A stretch of DNA of 64,000 nucleotides from Octopus sinensis (taxonomy: Eukaryota). The notes under the pieces were generated by a model. It ran no database searches and was not told the DNA's origin. It worked only from the letters and a program-made list of their open reading frames with translations. Positions 11,946 through 25,800 of this stretch are shown here, piece by piece (the first letter of the stretch is position 1; each line of letters begins with the position of its first letter). Position numbers and translations under genes: made by a program. The stretch lies in contig NC_043008.1 of the NCBI RefSeq assembly GCF_006345805.1, positions 57,598,001 through 57,662,000 on the forward strand. The letters run 5' to 3'.

Positions 11946-13721
11946 AAATTAATACATCTTACTCAACATTGCAAGTTAAAATCGGTGCCTTTTGTTAAGA
12001 CATAACTGTTACATAAGAAAAGTGAAAGAGAGAGATGGAGACCAACTCTTTGAAACCAGCAGTACTGATTCCTCTAGACAGCTAGTAGCTTTCTAGTTAG
12101 AGTGAATTTGCCAGCCATTTTATAGCTGTTCACCATCCTTCTAGAATCTTTGGCCAAACTGGTAGTAAAACTCATATTTATTCCTCTGAGGTATAACCAC
12201 TTCCAGTAGTGTTGATTGATCAAGCCATATTCACGTCGGCATTGATACCTGTTACATTGACACTTTTCCTTTTATAGGAATATATTAGTTTGTGGTTCTA
12301 GATTGGGAAAATCTGAGAGCTATGGTTCAAGTCTCGACCAGAGTGCTGCTGTATAGCAAAAAAAAAAAAAAAAGAAAAAAAACTATCAAGTACAGCATGT
12401 GGTAGACTTCAAAGTGGATGTTTCAATTTCTGAATGTGTAAACAATATTGGATGCTGGTGGTGAAAGTAATGATTTCCAGAAAGAGAATGGAGTGAAAGT
12501 TTATAAAATATATATTTTCCAAAATTTCCATGTCACCAGACTCAGTCTATAAATGTAATATAAATAAAATCTCAGTTGTTTTGGTGCATGACTTTTGGTC
12601 CACTCTGTGTATAGTATATGATCAATGAAGAACAACAAGGCACCAAGACTGGATATGGTGTCGTTGCTGATATTCCAGGTTTTGGTCAATACAGAGCCAG
12701 AGCCGGTTTCAGCCGGGTTAGTAACGAAAGGGTTAATGAAAGAGTTGAGGGTTTTTTTAATGAGTAAAAGGTTTTTACTCATTTTCTTTCTTAATGGTCT
12801 AAATACTTCTAACATTGGCCTGAAAATGAAGAAACCTATGAAAAAAAAAGGGGGTTCTAAATAAATAGTACTGTGCATGATTAGCACCAGCCACAAATTT
12901 TAAGAATTTCATGAAAAAAGAAAAAAAGAAATTAAATATGTAAAATCCATCTTTTTTCTTATATTTCTTAATTTCAAATTCAAATTTCTAATCCCACCAA
13001 ATATTATGAAGAAGAGTTTTTCTCCCTTGTAATAACTCTCCACTAGGAGGAGACATGTATCAAGACAGGGCTTGGTGAAATTGTGGACCATCTTATAAGC
13101 TCATGAAATGCATTATATAGCATACAGCCCAAATCTACACATCTGAGTTGCAGTGTTTGTATCGAAGGTACTCTCTGGGCAGGTTAAAATAAAGCAAGTA
13201 TCAGTTATGACGCAGTTTCTTTTATTTATCTAGTTATTCCTCATACTTTGTGATTCCAGTTTCAACATGTTTTTATTTGTTGCACTATATGTCTGTAGCA
13301 ATCAGTAGCCTTCATTTCACCCTGTCTTTGTAACAGGTTTTATGAATAGGACTATTGAACAGTAACAATTAAATTGATTTTAAAGATCTTTTTTTTTTCC
13401 CCTAAGCGAAAGTTCTGCTGAACAAAAATATCCAGCAGAAGTCACCTGATGGATTTTATTGATTTTTGTTATTTATATAATCTGCAATAACACAAATTCT
13501 TCTTGTCATATTTCCCCAGATATAGCCATGCAAATATTTATATATTCAGTCAGATATTTATACACTCATTTATGCATCCAACCATAGAGACCATGCCAAA
13601 GCAGACACTGGAGCTTAGCACAGTCCTTTGGCTCACCAATTCCCATTGAACCATCCAATCCATGGCAGCATGGAAAATATATGTTAAATGATGATGATTT
13701 GTAAATATTCATAAATATTCA

Positions 13722-13890
13722 ATCATAAGTGGCTGTGTGGTAAGTAGCTTGCTAACCAACCACATGGTTCCAGGTTCAGTCCCACTGCATGGCATCTTGG
13801 GCAAGTGTCTTCTGCTATAGCCCCGGGCCGACCAATGTATTGTGAGTGGATTTGGTAAACAGAAACTGAAAGAAGCCTGTCGTATATATG

Positions 13891-13956
<66 letters not shown>

Positions 13957-14165
13957 ATATGTTTGTGTGTCTGTGTTTGTCCCCCTAGCATTGCTTGACA
14001 ACAATGCTGGTGTGTTTACATCCCCGTCACTTAGCGGTTTGGCAAAAGAGACCGATAGAATAAGTACTGGGCTTACACAGAATAAGTCCCGGGGTCGATT
14101 TGCTCAACTAAAGGCGGTGCTCCAGCATGGCCACAGTCAAATGACTGAAACAAGTAAAAGAGTAT
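13722..14165 (+). mobile_element. SINE family A, full length
   Basis: A box TGGCTGTGTGG, B box GGTTCAGTCC, internal (TA)n(TG)n, tail GAAACAAGTAAAAGAG. Confidence 0.92.
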
Positions 14166-14198
14166 ATATTTATGAATATTTAGAAATCATAATAATAA

Positions 14199-14465
14199 TA
14201 ATAATAATGAAATTATTGTATATAGTGCTCAGGTGCACCACAACTTGTCAAAAGTGCACATAAAACATATGCAGTAATGTAGTGAACAGTGTATGAGTCA
14301 GATACATGCTTGTGTGTGTATGGAGGGGAGAAAATCAGGTGTTGTGTTGGCGAATCTCAGGAAGCATGGAAGTTTTGAAGGATGCAGTGCTCCGACAACT
14401 AACAACTGATGCTGGCAGTTTGTTCCATGCTTCAGCAACTCTTAGTGCGAAAAAATGTTTCCGAA
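14199..14465 (-). mobile_element. 5'-truncated CR1/L2-type LINE 3' end
   Basis: Matches the 53398 copy; (ATT)n tail. Confidence 0.8.
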
Positions 14466-14805
14466 AGTCATAAGTCATGCTGGAGCACCACCCTGAAGGA
14501 TTTGTTTAGTCGAACAAATCAACACCAGGACTTCTTTTTAAGTCTCGTACTTATTCTATCAGTCTCTTTTGCTGAACTCCTAAGTTACAGGTATGTAAAT
14601 AGAGCAACACCAGTTGTCAAGTAGTGATGGTGGGACAGACAGACATATGACTGGCTTCTTTCAGTTCCTGTCTACCAAATCCACTCACAAGACTTTGGTC
14701 GGCCTGAGGCTATAGTAGAAGACACTTGCCCAAGGTGCCATGCAGTGAGACTGAACCTGGAACCATGTGGTTGGGAAGCAAACTTATCACAGAACCGCAC
14801 CTGCA
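14466..14805 (-). mobile_element. SINE family A, diverged
   Basis: Reverse complement of the family A consensus. Confidence 0.85.
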
Positions 14806-15129
14806 GATTTATATATAGTCAATCATATATTTATATGCATACACACACACACATACACACATGTACACACACACACATGTACACACACACTCACACACAC
14901 ACACAAATCCAGGCATATATTATAGACACATTTACAGATTCGACCATTCCACATTCTCAATAATAAATCTACTCCTTCCATACTTAACCTCTCACTATAC
15001 CTTGCCAAAAGTCATTACACTTTTCTCTCTATCAAAAGAATTCTTTAGCCTTGCAAGTTACAAGGTGACCTCACAATTGCTGGTGTCATAGCAAAATGCA
15101 TCCACCACTCTTGCAAAAGGAGTTGATAA

Positions 15130-15545
15130 ATCGGAGTGGCTGTGTGGTAAGTAGCTTGCTAACCAACCACATGGTTCCGGGTTCAGTCCTACTGCGTGGC
15201 ATGTTGGGCAAGTGTCTTCTGCTATAGCCCCAGGCCGACCAATGCCTTGTGAGTGGATTTGGTAGACGGAAACTGAAAGAAGCCTGTTGTATATATGTAT
15301 GTATATATATATATGTGTGTGTGTGTGTGTTTGTGTGTCTGTGTTTGTCCCCCTAGCATTGCTTGACAACCGATGCTGGTGTGTTTATGTCCCCGTTACT
15401 TAATGGTTCAGCAAAAGAGACCGATAGAATAAGTACTAGGCTTGCAAAGAATAAGTCCAGGGGTTGATTTGCTCGACTAAAGGCGGTGCTCCAGCATGGC
15501 CACAGTCAAATGACTGAAACAAGTAAAAGAGTAAAGAGTAAAGAG
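15130..15545 (+). mobile_element. SINE family A, full length
   Basis: Same head, body and tail as other family A copies. Confidence 0.92.
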
Positions 15546-16034
15546 ATATATGGAGGGTTGAAAGAACCATGTATGACAACCTCTGTAAGTTACAGTGCCA
15601 GAGTTGTGAAGAATGACCAAGAACATTCTGTGAAGAGGTTGGTCTTGGGAAAGGCATCCACCTGTAGAAATCACATCAAAACTAAGACATCTGAGTAAGT
15701 CAGAGGAAGCTAGTATGAGTCTTTGATGGAAATCTTGTCTGACGCTTTAAAATCTATCTGAAGCTTTAGAATTCTTACATCACGTGAATATTATTTCAGT
15801 TCTGTGAACTGATATATAACTTGTTCCAGATGTTTGCTATATTACAGGAATTCCAATGGAAATTTAATAACATAATTATAAATATTTTATCGTTTGATAT
15901 TAAGTTTTGTTTTTGCTCTTGTTTCTAGAGGTGAATGGGTATCAAGGTTTCATAGTGAATGTATGTGTTTGTTAATGTGTCTGTTTATTTGTGTGTATGT
16001 GCGTGTATATATATATATATATATATATATATCA

Positions 16035-16393
16035 ACATCAAAATAAAAATCAAATGGAAATTGTAGTTGTGATACCCGTGCTGTTGGCACGTAAAAAACA
16101 CCATCCGAACATGGCCAATGCCAATGCCACCTTGACTTGTGTCCGTGCTGGTGGCACATAAAAAGAACCAACCTATCGTGGAAGTTGCCAGCCTCCTCTG
16201 GCTCCTGTGCCGGTGGCACATAAAAAGCACCCACTACACTCACGGAGTGGTTGGCGTTAGAAATGGCGTCCAGCTGTGGAAACACTGCCAGATCAGACTG
16301 GAGCCTGGTGCAGCCTCCTGGCTTCCCAGACCCTGATCGAACCATCCAATCCATGCTAGCATGGAAAACGGACGTTAAACGATGATAATGATA
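16035..16393 (+). mobile_element. RTE-type 3' end
   Basis: GGCACATAAAAAGCACCCACTACAC...GCTAGCATGGAAAACGGACG-(GAT)n. Confidence 0.8.
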
Positions 16394-17058
16394 TATATAT
16401 ATATAGGGGTAAAATATGAAAAATCAACGAAAATGCATATTGCAAATAGAAAAAGGCTATTTATGATAGGTAACAACAAATATATACACTTAGATTGACT
16501 GAGGTAGTAATATGAGTCATAAAAGTCATTATTATGAGATGATTATAAGATGATAATAAAGTAAGAGAACAAAACGAACCAATGGTTTATGTGAAGGCTA
16601 TTCGTTGTTTGAACAACACCGGTTATATATATATATATATATATATATAAGACGATTGTATTAGTTCATTCAATTTCCAACAAGAATATATTTAGCTTTA
16701 TGTATGTAAATTAATTACTTTATTTTTTATATCTTTTGAAAAATAAGTGCATGCCCTCAGTAGGGCTTGTGGAAAGAGCTCTGCATTCTTGGCACTGGAA
16801 CTCCAAATGAGGCTCCGTCTCCAAAGGGTTAGAAACAATGTGAATAAATAAGCATTACATTTAACTATAATCTGAATGCTAAAGGGTTAAATCTTAAGAA
16901 GGTCTTGCAGATTTTTTATAGTCCCAGGCATCGTGATAATTTGTAATGTATGTCTGTGTGTGCATGTATTTATCGAATTCTCTCACTGCCTCTTGAACCC
17001 TGTGACATACCTATGTATATATATGTATGTAATTTTTATTTTAATTCAGAGAGTAATC

Positions 17059-17346
17059 ATGGAAAGTCCGAAGAAGCCCAAGATTCAGTCAAATACTACA
17101 CTGAAGAAATATCTGTTCACACGAGAGAAACACTTAAGTAAGGCCCCATATTTATACAGTTACACCTGGGCCCGCCAATATGGACTATTTAATGACCGGG
17201 CGCGTAAACTGGCAAAACGGCAAGCTGCCCTTAACATGCCACAATTGTTTAAGGAGAAAGAATTCATTCTGGAATATTTTAACAAGATTTTTGCATCTCA
17301 GTGGTTGGATAAGAATTTGGTTGTCATGGGTACCAAGTGTAACAAA
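17059..17346 (+). CDS. DCAF12: DCAF12 coding exon 1 (MESPKKPK...GTKCNK)
   Basis: Acceptor ttaattcag at 17049, ATG at 17059, donor AAA|gtaaga; contains H-box-like [11 protein letters not shown] and [19 protein letters not shown]. Confidence 0.93.
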
Positions 17347-18634
17347 GTAAGAGATTCTTTAATTTTCTTTTTCTTTTTTTATTATTATCATTATTATTTC
17401 GTAAAAGGCAAAAGATTTATCTATTTAGGGTAAGGAGAAATCCCTCCTGCCCAAATTTGTGGCCATGTTCTTATGCAGGAAATTATTATTATTTTGTAGT
17501 TTTGACCTTTATGTTCTGAGTTCAAATCCCACGGAGGTTGACTTTTGCCTTTCATCCCTCTGGTATGGTTGATAAAATAAAGTACCAGTCAAGTACTGGG
17601 GTTGATTTTAATCAACCAAATCCCCCTCTCCCTAAATTTGCATCATTAGAAACAATTATTATTATTATTTATTATTATTATTATTTATTATTATTATTTA
17701 TTATTATTATTTATTTTTATTATTTTTATTATTTATTATTATTATTATTTTTATTATTTATTATTATTATTATTATTATTTATTTTTATTATTTTTATTA
17801 TTTATTATTATTATTATTTATTATTATTTTATCATAAGAGATTATTATTTATTGTTTTTGTTGTTATGCTTCTCACTGGTCTCTGTTGAAATTCCTGGAA
17901 TGGAGTTTTAACTATTTCTGTGTATATATGTATACATGTATGTTTAATTAATGTGTGAAGTCTACACTAGTAGACCTCTTGAATCCATTTCTATATGCTT
18001 GCCAATTCCAAATGGATTTTCCAGATCTGGTCACATGATTTAAATCTGAGAAAAACAAAGATGTTTTGTACAGATATATTTGTTCATAGTTAATGTAATT
18101 TTGTCATAACTGGCCATGTGCCTTTATTTTTTAAAATTTATTTTACATCACAATTGACGAAAAAATAGCATCATCAATTACAGGTTTCCAACGGAGCCAA
18201 TAAGTGGTTCGCTGCATTTCTGACAGCAAGCGCAACAAGGGAGTATTGGTATAACCCAGTGCAGAACCAGCATCGCAAAGGACTTTGTTAAAAAGAAAGA
18301 AAAAATTCTGGGTTTTCAATGGCTTTTCACTCCACTCCTTAGATTCTTCAGTTACATTATGTTGATAAAAACTACAGTCATACTTAGATACTTATACATC
18401 TATCTATCTATCTACCTACCTACCTACCTATCTATCTACCTATCTATCTATCTATCTACCTATCTATCTATCTATCTACCTATATATCTATCTATCTACC
18501 TATCTATCTATCTACCTATCTATCTATCTACCTATCTATCTATCTACCTATCTATCTATCTACCTATCTATCTATCTATCTATCTACCTATCTATCTATC
18601 TATCTACCTACCTATCTATCTATCTACCTATCTA

Positions 18635-18707
<73 letters not shown>

Positions 18708-19526
18708 GCCTACCTACCTACCTACCTACCTTCCTTCCTTCCTCCCTCCCTGTCTTCATATGCTTGCTCTCTTCATCCATGCACCTTAATTCTTCTGTCA
18801 TTTACTGTCTGTTCTTTGAGGACATTTTGCTTAGTGGAGCATAAGGTCATCCGATATCTTTTGATTCCAATCTAAGCTAACCATGGTGTTCTGGGTTCAA
18901 TCCTAATGTCCAGTACCTTGGGCAAGTGTCTTCTATCAAAAACTGTAACTCAACCAGTACCTTGATAAAGTGATACTTTATTGAGTACACTCAATAAAGT
19001 GGAAGGCAAATGAGCAGATGCAGTGTTGGGTGTCTTCTCATGCTGTCGGCCAGCCCTAAGTCTAGCTGAGAGTATAACGGTTTCTCTTTTGTTGGTACCA
19101 CAATAAATGTACTCGGCATACTTAGTAATGTGGCTGATGTTAAGTAAGGGCATCCAGCCATTGAAACCATACCAGAAATGGAACTTATGAGCAAGGCATG
19201 GCCTTTTATTTCATTTAGGAGGGCAGTAACTCTGAATAAGAATTGACTTGTGATAACCCTTCCAACTCATGTCAGCAAGGAAAGCAAACATGAAAATAAT
19301 AGCAATGATGATACATACACACGCAGCCGGTTTCAGCATGATTTCTGTCAACTAAATTCCATTCACAAAGTACTGGTTGAGTTACGGTTTTGATAGAAGA
19401 CACTTGCCCAAGGTACTGCACATTAGGATTGAACTCAGAACACTATGGTTGCGAAGCAAGCATCTTCACCACACAGTCATGTCTGGACCTGTGTTTGATT
19501 ATTATAGCTAGCTTCTTTTCATATAC

Positions 19527-19588
<62 letters not shown>

Positions 19589-22500
19589 GCACATACACAC
19601 ATGTATGTCAAGTTATATATGAAAACAATTTAACATTAGACCAAAGTATTATGCAACACTTATTAGTGGAGTACGTGTTTATTAAATATTGTTGTATTTA
19701 GGAATGGCCATTTTGCCAGTTTAGTCAATAGATATTTGATTAATGTATACAGACATGCACATACATACATATCAGGTGATATATATGACATAATTCAACA
19801 ACGCAGGTGGCTGAGCATGACAATCAAATAGAACTAACTGTGGGGTGCTGTCTCCTCCTTTAGAAGTAGCAGACAGTATTTGACACAGTAACAATGCTTA
19901 TATAAATGTAACGATGTTTATTAAACTTTTACAAGAGTTACATAGCTACACCTACTTCAGAAAAATATCCTGTCAAAAACTGTATAAAATTAAGACTCCA
20001 AGTATAGCACAGTCTGATGAAGGCTAGCAAGCTGAAACTTTGATGTCACCATCAATCTTCTAGTATAAGTTCAATAAACACATACTCGACTAAAAAATAT
20101 TGGGTAATTCTTCAGTTTAATATTAAATTGTTCATATATACATAACTTGGCATAAAAATAAACGTTAATATATATTGTAGACACCTAGGCTGGCATCAAA
20201 TGTGATCAGTTCATATTTTGATACTGATTTTTTATAAGGAAATGAAGACTTCCAGATTAATTCCAAGGTTGTCACTCTTGTGAAGGTGCATGGCTCAGTG
20301 GTTAGAGCATCAGGCTCACAATCATGAGGTAGTGAGTTTGATTCCTGGACCAGGCTGTGTGTTGTGTTCTTGAGCAAGACACTTTATTTCATGTTGCTCC
20401 AGTTCACTCAGCTGTAGAATTGAGTTGCGATGTCACTGGTGCCAAGCTGTATCAGCCTTTGCCTTTTCTTTGGATAACATTGGTGGAGTGGAGAGGGAAG
20501 GCTGGCATGCATGGGCGACTGCTGGTCTTCCATAAACAAACTTGTTCAGACTTGTACTTACTTACTTACTTACTTGTACTTGTGGCGACATTCACCCTGG
20601 GCGGGTTGAGTCGGCTTCTCCCACCACCATCGAGGCATCTCGAACCATGGCAGTGGAAAAAGTTTCGTGGGAATATGTGGATTTCACAAGTGGTCCCCAA
20701 CAATCCCGCATGTAGAGACATCCTGTTTGCCGCAGATTGTCCGCAGACGCAGGGACAGAACGACCGAGGAGCCACCGGTTGCCGAAACAGACACTCCGAG
20801 GATTTTCACCAGAACTGTGGCCCTAATACCACTTGTACCTTGGAGGGTAACTTTCTAGGTGTAAGTCCATGGTCAGTCATGATCAAAGGGAGTTTTTACC
20901 CTTTTTACTCTTGTAGTACACCATGCTAAAGATAGCCAGATAGTTAGAAATGTATTCACCATTCCACTAGAGGGCGCCATGAATGACTGTTCATGTTTTT
21001 CATCACCTTATTGCCTAAAGTGAGAATTTTTCTCACACAAGCAGCAGTGCATATGGCCTTTGTTGAGATAAAATGTGTCCCAAATGTATTTGAAATAGTT
21101 TAAATATTTGATAAATGTATACACACGTGCGCATACATACATATCAGGTGATATATCTGACATAATTCAACAACACAGGTGGCTGAGCATGACAATAGAA
21201 CTAACTGTGGGGTGATGTCTCCTCTTTTATAAGTAGCAAACAGTATTTGACACAGTTGGATGAACAGAGTCAAGTGTACTGCAGTAGATGTAACATCTTG
21301 ATTTTGCAGTAGGTTATCTAGTGGGGTTTTTTTGTTGCTTTTTTTTTCCTTTTTTTTTTTTACTACCAAAAGTGCAAAGTCTAAGGTTTAGGACAGTCTT
21401 GGGCAACCTACAACCCATGGAACTTTCTCAATGGCACACCTAATAAAAAAATTACCTTTTAATTGTTTCAGCAGTGCAGCTCACCTGATAGTAAGCCATG
21501 TCTCATGCAGCTCACTACTCAAAAAAGTTTGCCCACACCTGGTTTAGGATGCCAAGGTTATGACCTTTGAGTCCTTGGTTTCCTTCTTGAACCAAGTGGC
21601 TTGTTCCGTTGCTGAACAAACCACTTCATTTTACATTTTTTCAGTTCATTCAGTTGAAAATAATTTCTAGTGGTAGCAAGAGGTTAACACCATTGTGCAC
21701 TGGTGTCCCATTCAGGGAGAGGGTTATGTACTCTCAATTACTAAATACTTCAGAAACTCGGATATTAACCCCAGTCTCATGAGCCTGTAACTTCGAAACA
21801 AGCTTTTATACTGCCATGGTACAGCACTTTGCTTCGGTAGAAGTTGGATCATTTAGTTTAATCCATCACTCCATTAAACAACACCCCCCCCCCCCACCTG
21901 GCACATGGGTGCATTTAAACCTTTAGCATTTAAACCAGCCATACCCAACCCAAATATTACCTTCTTGTGTTCAAATTGATCAGATCATACTTCTCACACC
22001 TATCCTATAATGTCATCTTAAAAATATAACAATTATATCATCAAAATCTTGAAGCTACAAGATGATGCTTGGTTAATTCAAAACACTGTGAATTTAATAA
22101 GCATTATATTGGAGAGAGTAATTTGAATGCTAAAGGGTTAAGTGTCCATCCTATTGCTTGCTTTCAGGCCATGTCTCCTCTTGTTTGAAGATCTGAGGGT
22201 AAATATCTTTCATTGTTCTATTGAACCTGTAAAATATCATTGGCATTGCCCCTCCTTTCTTGATTAACTCATTTCATAAAAATCATCTCTCCCTCTCTTT
22301 CTGTCGCTCTCTCTCTCTCTCTGTCACACACACACACACTGTAATATGAAATTATATATAAATTGGAGATTGCAGCATATTCTGAAGTATTATTCAAGCA
22401 ACTAATCTCAGAAAGAAACCATTTCAGGGCTATTTTACAGCCATTTTGTTTTTATATTTAAATTCTCAAAACTGACTTGGAACACTTGGACAAGAATATT

Positions 22501-22708
22501 CTCCTCCTGAGATTTAGTAATGGAGACTGAGGTAAGTATCTAGAATGGTGTAGTTGCCACCTGTAAGAGATAGCTAAGAATTGGTTTAATCCCCCCACCA
22601 CAAATAATAATAATAAAATGATAGATTTGTTGTGTTGCTTAAATTTTCAAGGTGGTAAACCAATCTAATTTCTAAATGAACACCTGGAACAGTTTACCAA
22701 TTTTGGAC

Positions 22709-22755
<47 letters not shown>

Positions 22756-22803
22756 TTATCATCATCATCATCGTTTAACGTCCGTTTTCCGCGCTAGCAC
22801 GGG

Positions 22804-22845
<42 letters not shown>

Positions 22846-25800
22846 GAAGTACTTTGTTAAAGAGGACTGCAATTTGTTAATTAGCAGAAGTGAATTTTAA
22901 GAATCGTAAAGTGTTCAGTGTTAGGAAGGGCACTCTTCCATAGAAATAATGTCAAAATAAAACATGTGAAACATATTTTTCCAATATGTCTTGGAGGGTA
23001 GTATCTTAGAATAAACACTAGTTTGGACTGTGATGCCCTTGCTAATCCAAGCCAGGGAACAATGTTTTGAAGCATTGCACATTGTGCCATCTCCTACTGG
23101 AGTAAGAGTACCATGAGTGTGATGACATTTCACATTCTTGCTTTCCCTGTGCTGGTGGAGTTCGCAAAGTGTAAGGCTCCAGTGACATGCAGTTGACCGG
23201 GACTCCTCAGTCCATGTTTCAAGACAGGTCAGGTAGGTTGCCGATGCTTGTTGCTGACTGGCAGCTTTTGGGGCAGTCCTGTGGATGCATGCGACTCACT
23301 GCATTATGCGCATTGAGGGCAAGGTGTATGAGCCTGTCCCCATCAGTTAGTTGTGCTTGCTTTTGAGCAGCAATGAACCCAGTTGAGAGAAGCACATGGA
23401 TCCCTTTTGTCAGCATATCTCTGTTGAAGTACACTACTTTTGGTTCAGTTAATTTTGGTGATAATGTAGAATTTAGTAAAATTAACATATTAGTTTGTAA
23501 AAATATTCTCAACAATTTGCATCCAGTTAACTCTAAAAAAAATGCAACTCACTACTGATCAGATACAAATGGCTATCTACGTACTGTTGTTTGGATCCTG
23601 GTCAACCTTGATTAAGCAGACGTGTGATCAAAAACATTTCGTTTGTGACTGTGATCATCTTGTCTTTTTTCAGGGATATGCAGGGCTACATTGTCTAACA
23701 TGCCATTTCCTTATTAAAGATAGTACAATACAATTTAAGGGAGATTTGGTTATTATTTCGATTGCTGACTGAAATATTTATCTAATTTGTAACTAGGTTA
23801 AAATTGCCTTCATAATTTAGGGGGCAGTTAGCAGGATTTGATCTGCTGCAGTAACTGGCTGAAGTTATAAAATGGTTTCTCTGTTAACCAATGTATGAAA
23901 TCATATATTTCTGTCAGTTTTGAACTGGATTGCTTTATTAGCTTACTTTCAATTTACTGATATCTTCCGTTACCTAGCAACCGTGGTCTTCAGTAACTAA
24001 AAGACATTAATGGGTCATGAGATTATTCTTATAGATTAAACAAGTGGAAAACTGTTCACCTTTAGTTGCAATGATCTCAATGAATGTGTCATGGTTTTAC
24101 CACTGCTAACACTCATCAGAGTCTATATGGGCGAGCTGGCAGACACGTTAGTGTGCCGGGCGAAATGCTTAGCGGTATTTCGTCTGTTGTTACGTTCTGA
24201 GTTCAAATTCCGCCGAGGTCAACTTTGCCTTTCATCCTTTTGGGGTCAATAAATAAAGTACCAGTTTCGCACTGGGGGCAATATAATCGACTCAGTCCCT
24301 TCGTCTGTCCTTGTTTGTCCCCTCTATGTTTTGCCCCTTGTGGGCAGTAAAGAAATATATATGGGCATAGTCTGTTTTTTGACAGAAGTCCTCTATTCAT
24401 ACACATGCACATTACATGGTCACACTTATACATGCAGATATCCTTCATATTAAGGATGAGAGGTGGTCTGTTGACTATCAACTAATATATATGAAAGATT
24501 GGAAGAGATAAGTTTGATCAATTTACTCCTCTGCTAAGCTAGAGTATCACGGAAGAAATTATACGAAGCAGATGATGGCATAATCATATCTTTGTCATGG
24601 AGAGAATGACAAAAATCAAACATAATTGGATTAACTCCAAGCATCAGTTACTGTTGAATAAAGAATGGAACACAATAGCCATGAGATTTAAGGTGCTGGA
24701 TTATCTATCAACTGTATGGTTATGAATACAAATCTCGCACCACATTTTGTCATGCCCATAACTCTGCTTGCGACAACCTGCAAAAGGAAAAACGTGATGA
24801 AATTTTCATTCATTCATTTATTAAATTTCTGACAAAATATTTTAAATGAATAAAATTCATTAGTAATTTTGATTTTTTTTTTTTTTTTACAAATTTGTCA
24901 TAATGTTGTCATTAACTCAATTTCAGTTCTGTGTTGTATGTTATTTGTTTTCTTGTTTTTACTCTCTTTTTCTCCACCATTGTTACCAAGAAGAACTGTG
25001 ATTTGTTGAAGTCCATCATGGCATTTCAGATGTCAACATGTTCAATTATACTTTGCATGATACAAGTCTAGCACAGAATTTGTCTGAGACGAAATTTGAG
25101 CTCAGTACTACAAACTAACACCTCTTTAATTATGTTTTGTTCTGCTGCTTATAGGCAGGGAATTGTAGCTCTGCCAGCTATCTGTTTTACTCTCTATGGT
25201 GGCGAGCTGGCAGAAACGTTAGCATGCCGGGCAAAATGCATAGCCGTATTTCGTCTGCCGTTACATTCTGAGTTCAAATTCCGCTGAGGTCGACTTTGCC
25301 TTTCACCCTTTCAGGGTCGATTAAATAAGTACCAGTTACGCACTGGGGTCGATGTAATCGACTTAATCCGTTTGTCTGTCCTTGTTTATCCTCTCTGTGT
25401 GTAGCCCCTTGAGGGTAGTAAAGAAATATATTTTACTCTCGTTGAACAGTAACTGTCGCTATCTGATACATGCACAGTGCAGCATTGGTGACAGTACACT
25501 TCAGTTATCAATTCTTCAGTTTGAAAACCAAGATCTTATCAATTTGCTCAGATACAATTCTCTTTTAATCTACTGTAATGCAGTTTCATTAAACATTTAA
25601 CTCCTAAAAACCTCTCTAACCAAAATTACTGAAACACAAAGTCAGAGTCCTGAAGAAAGCCCAATATTTGCTGTGCAGAAAACAGATAAACAGTTTCTGC
25701 AAAAGCAGCACTACCGAAATGTGTTTGGCTTTACACTGGTGTCATGGAAAATTGGGGAGAGTTGATGAGGAACAGCTGGTCATCTTCAGACCTTTGTCCA

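Noticed and set aside
12300-12612. Possible mariner/Tc1 tail and TIR
   Set aside because: Too degraded to assign by eye
16500-16509. TGAGGTAGTA, a let-7-like 5' end
   Set aside because: The match stops after 10 nt and I saw no hairpin partner
16933-17058. GTG-started extension of the exon 1 ORF, and its read-through to 17433
   Set aside because: Intronic; splice sites at 17049 and 17347 bound the homologous part
20357-20929. 190 aa ORF
   Set aside because: Spans a SINE and an antisense LINE fragment; no coherent protein similarity
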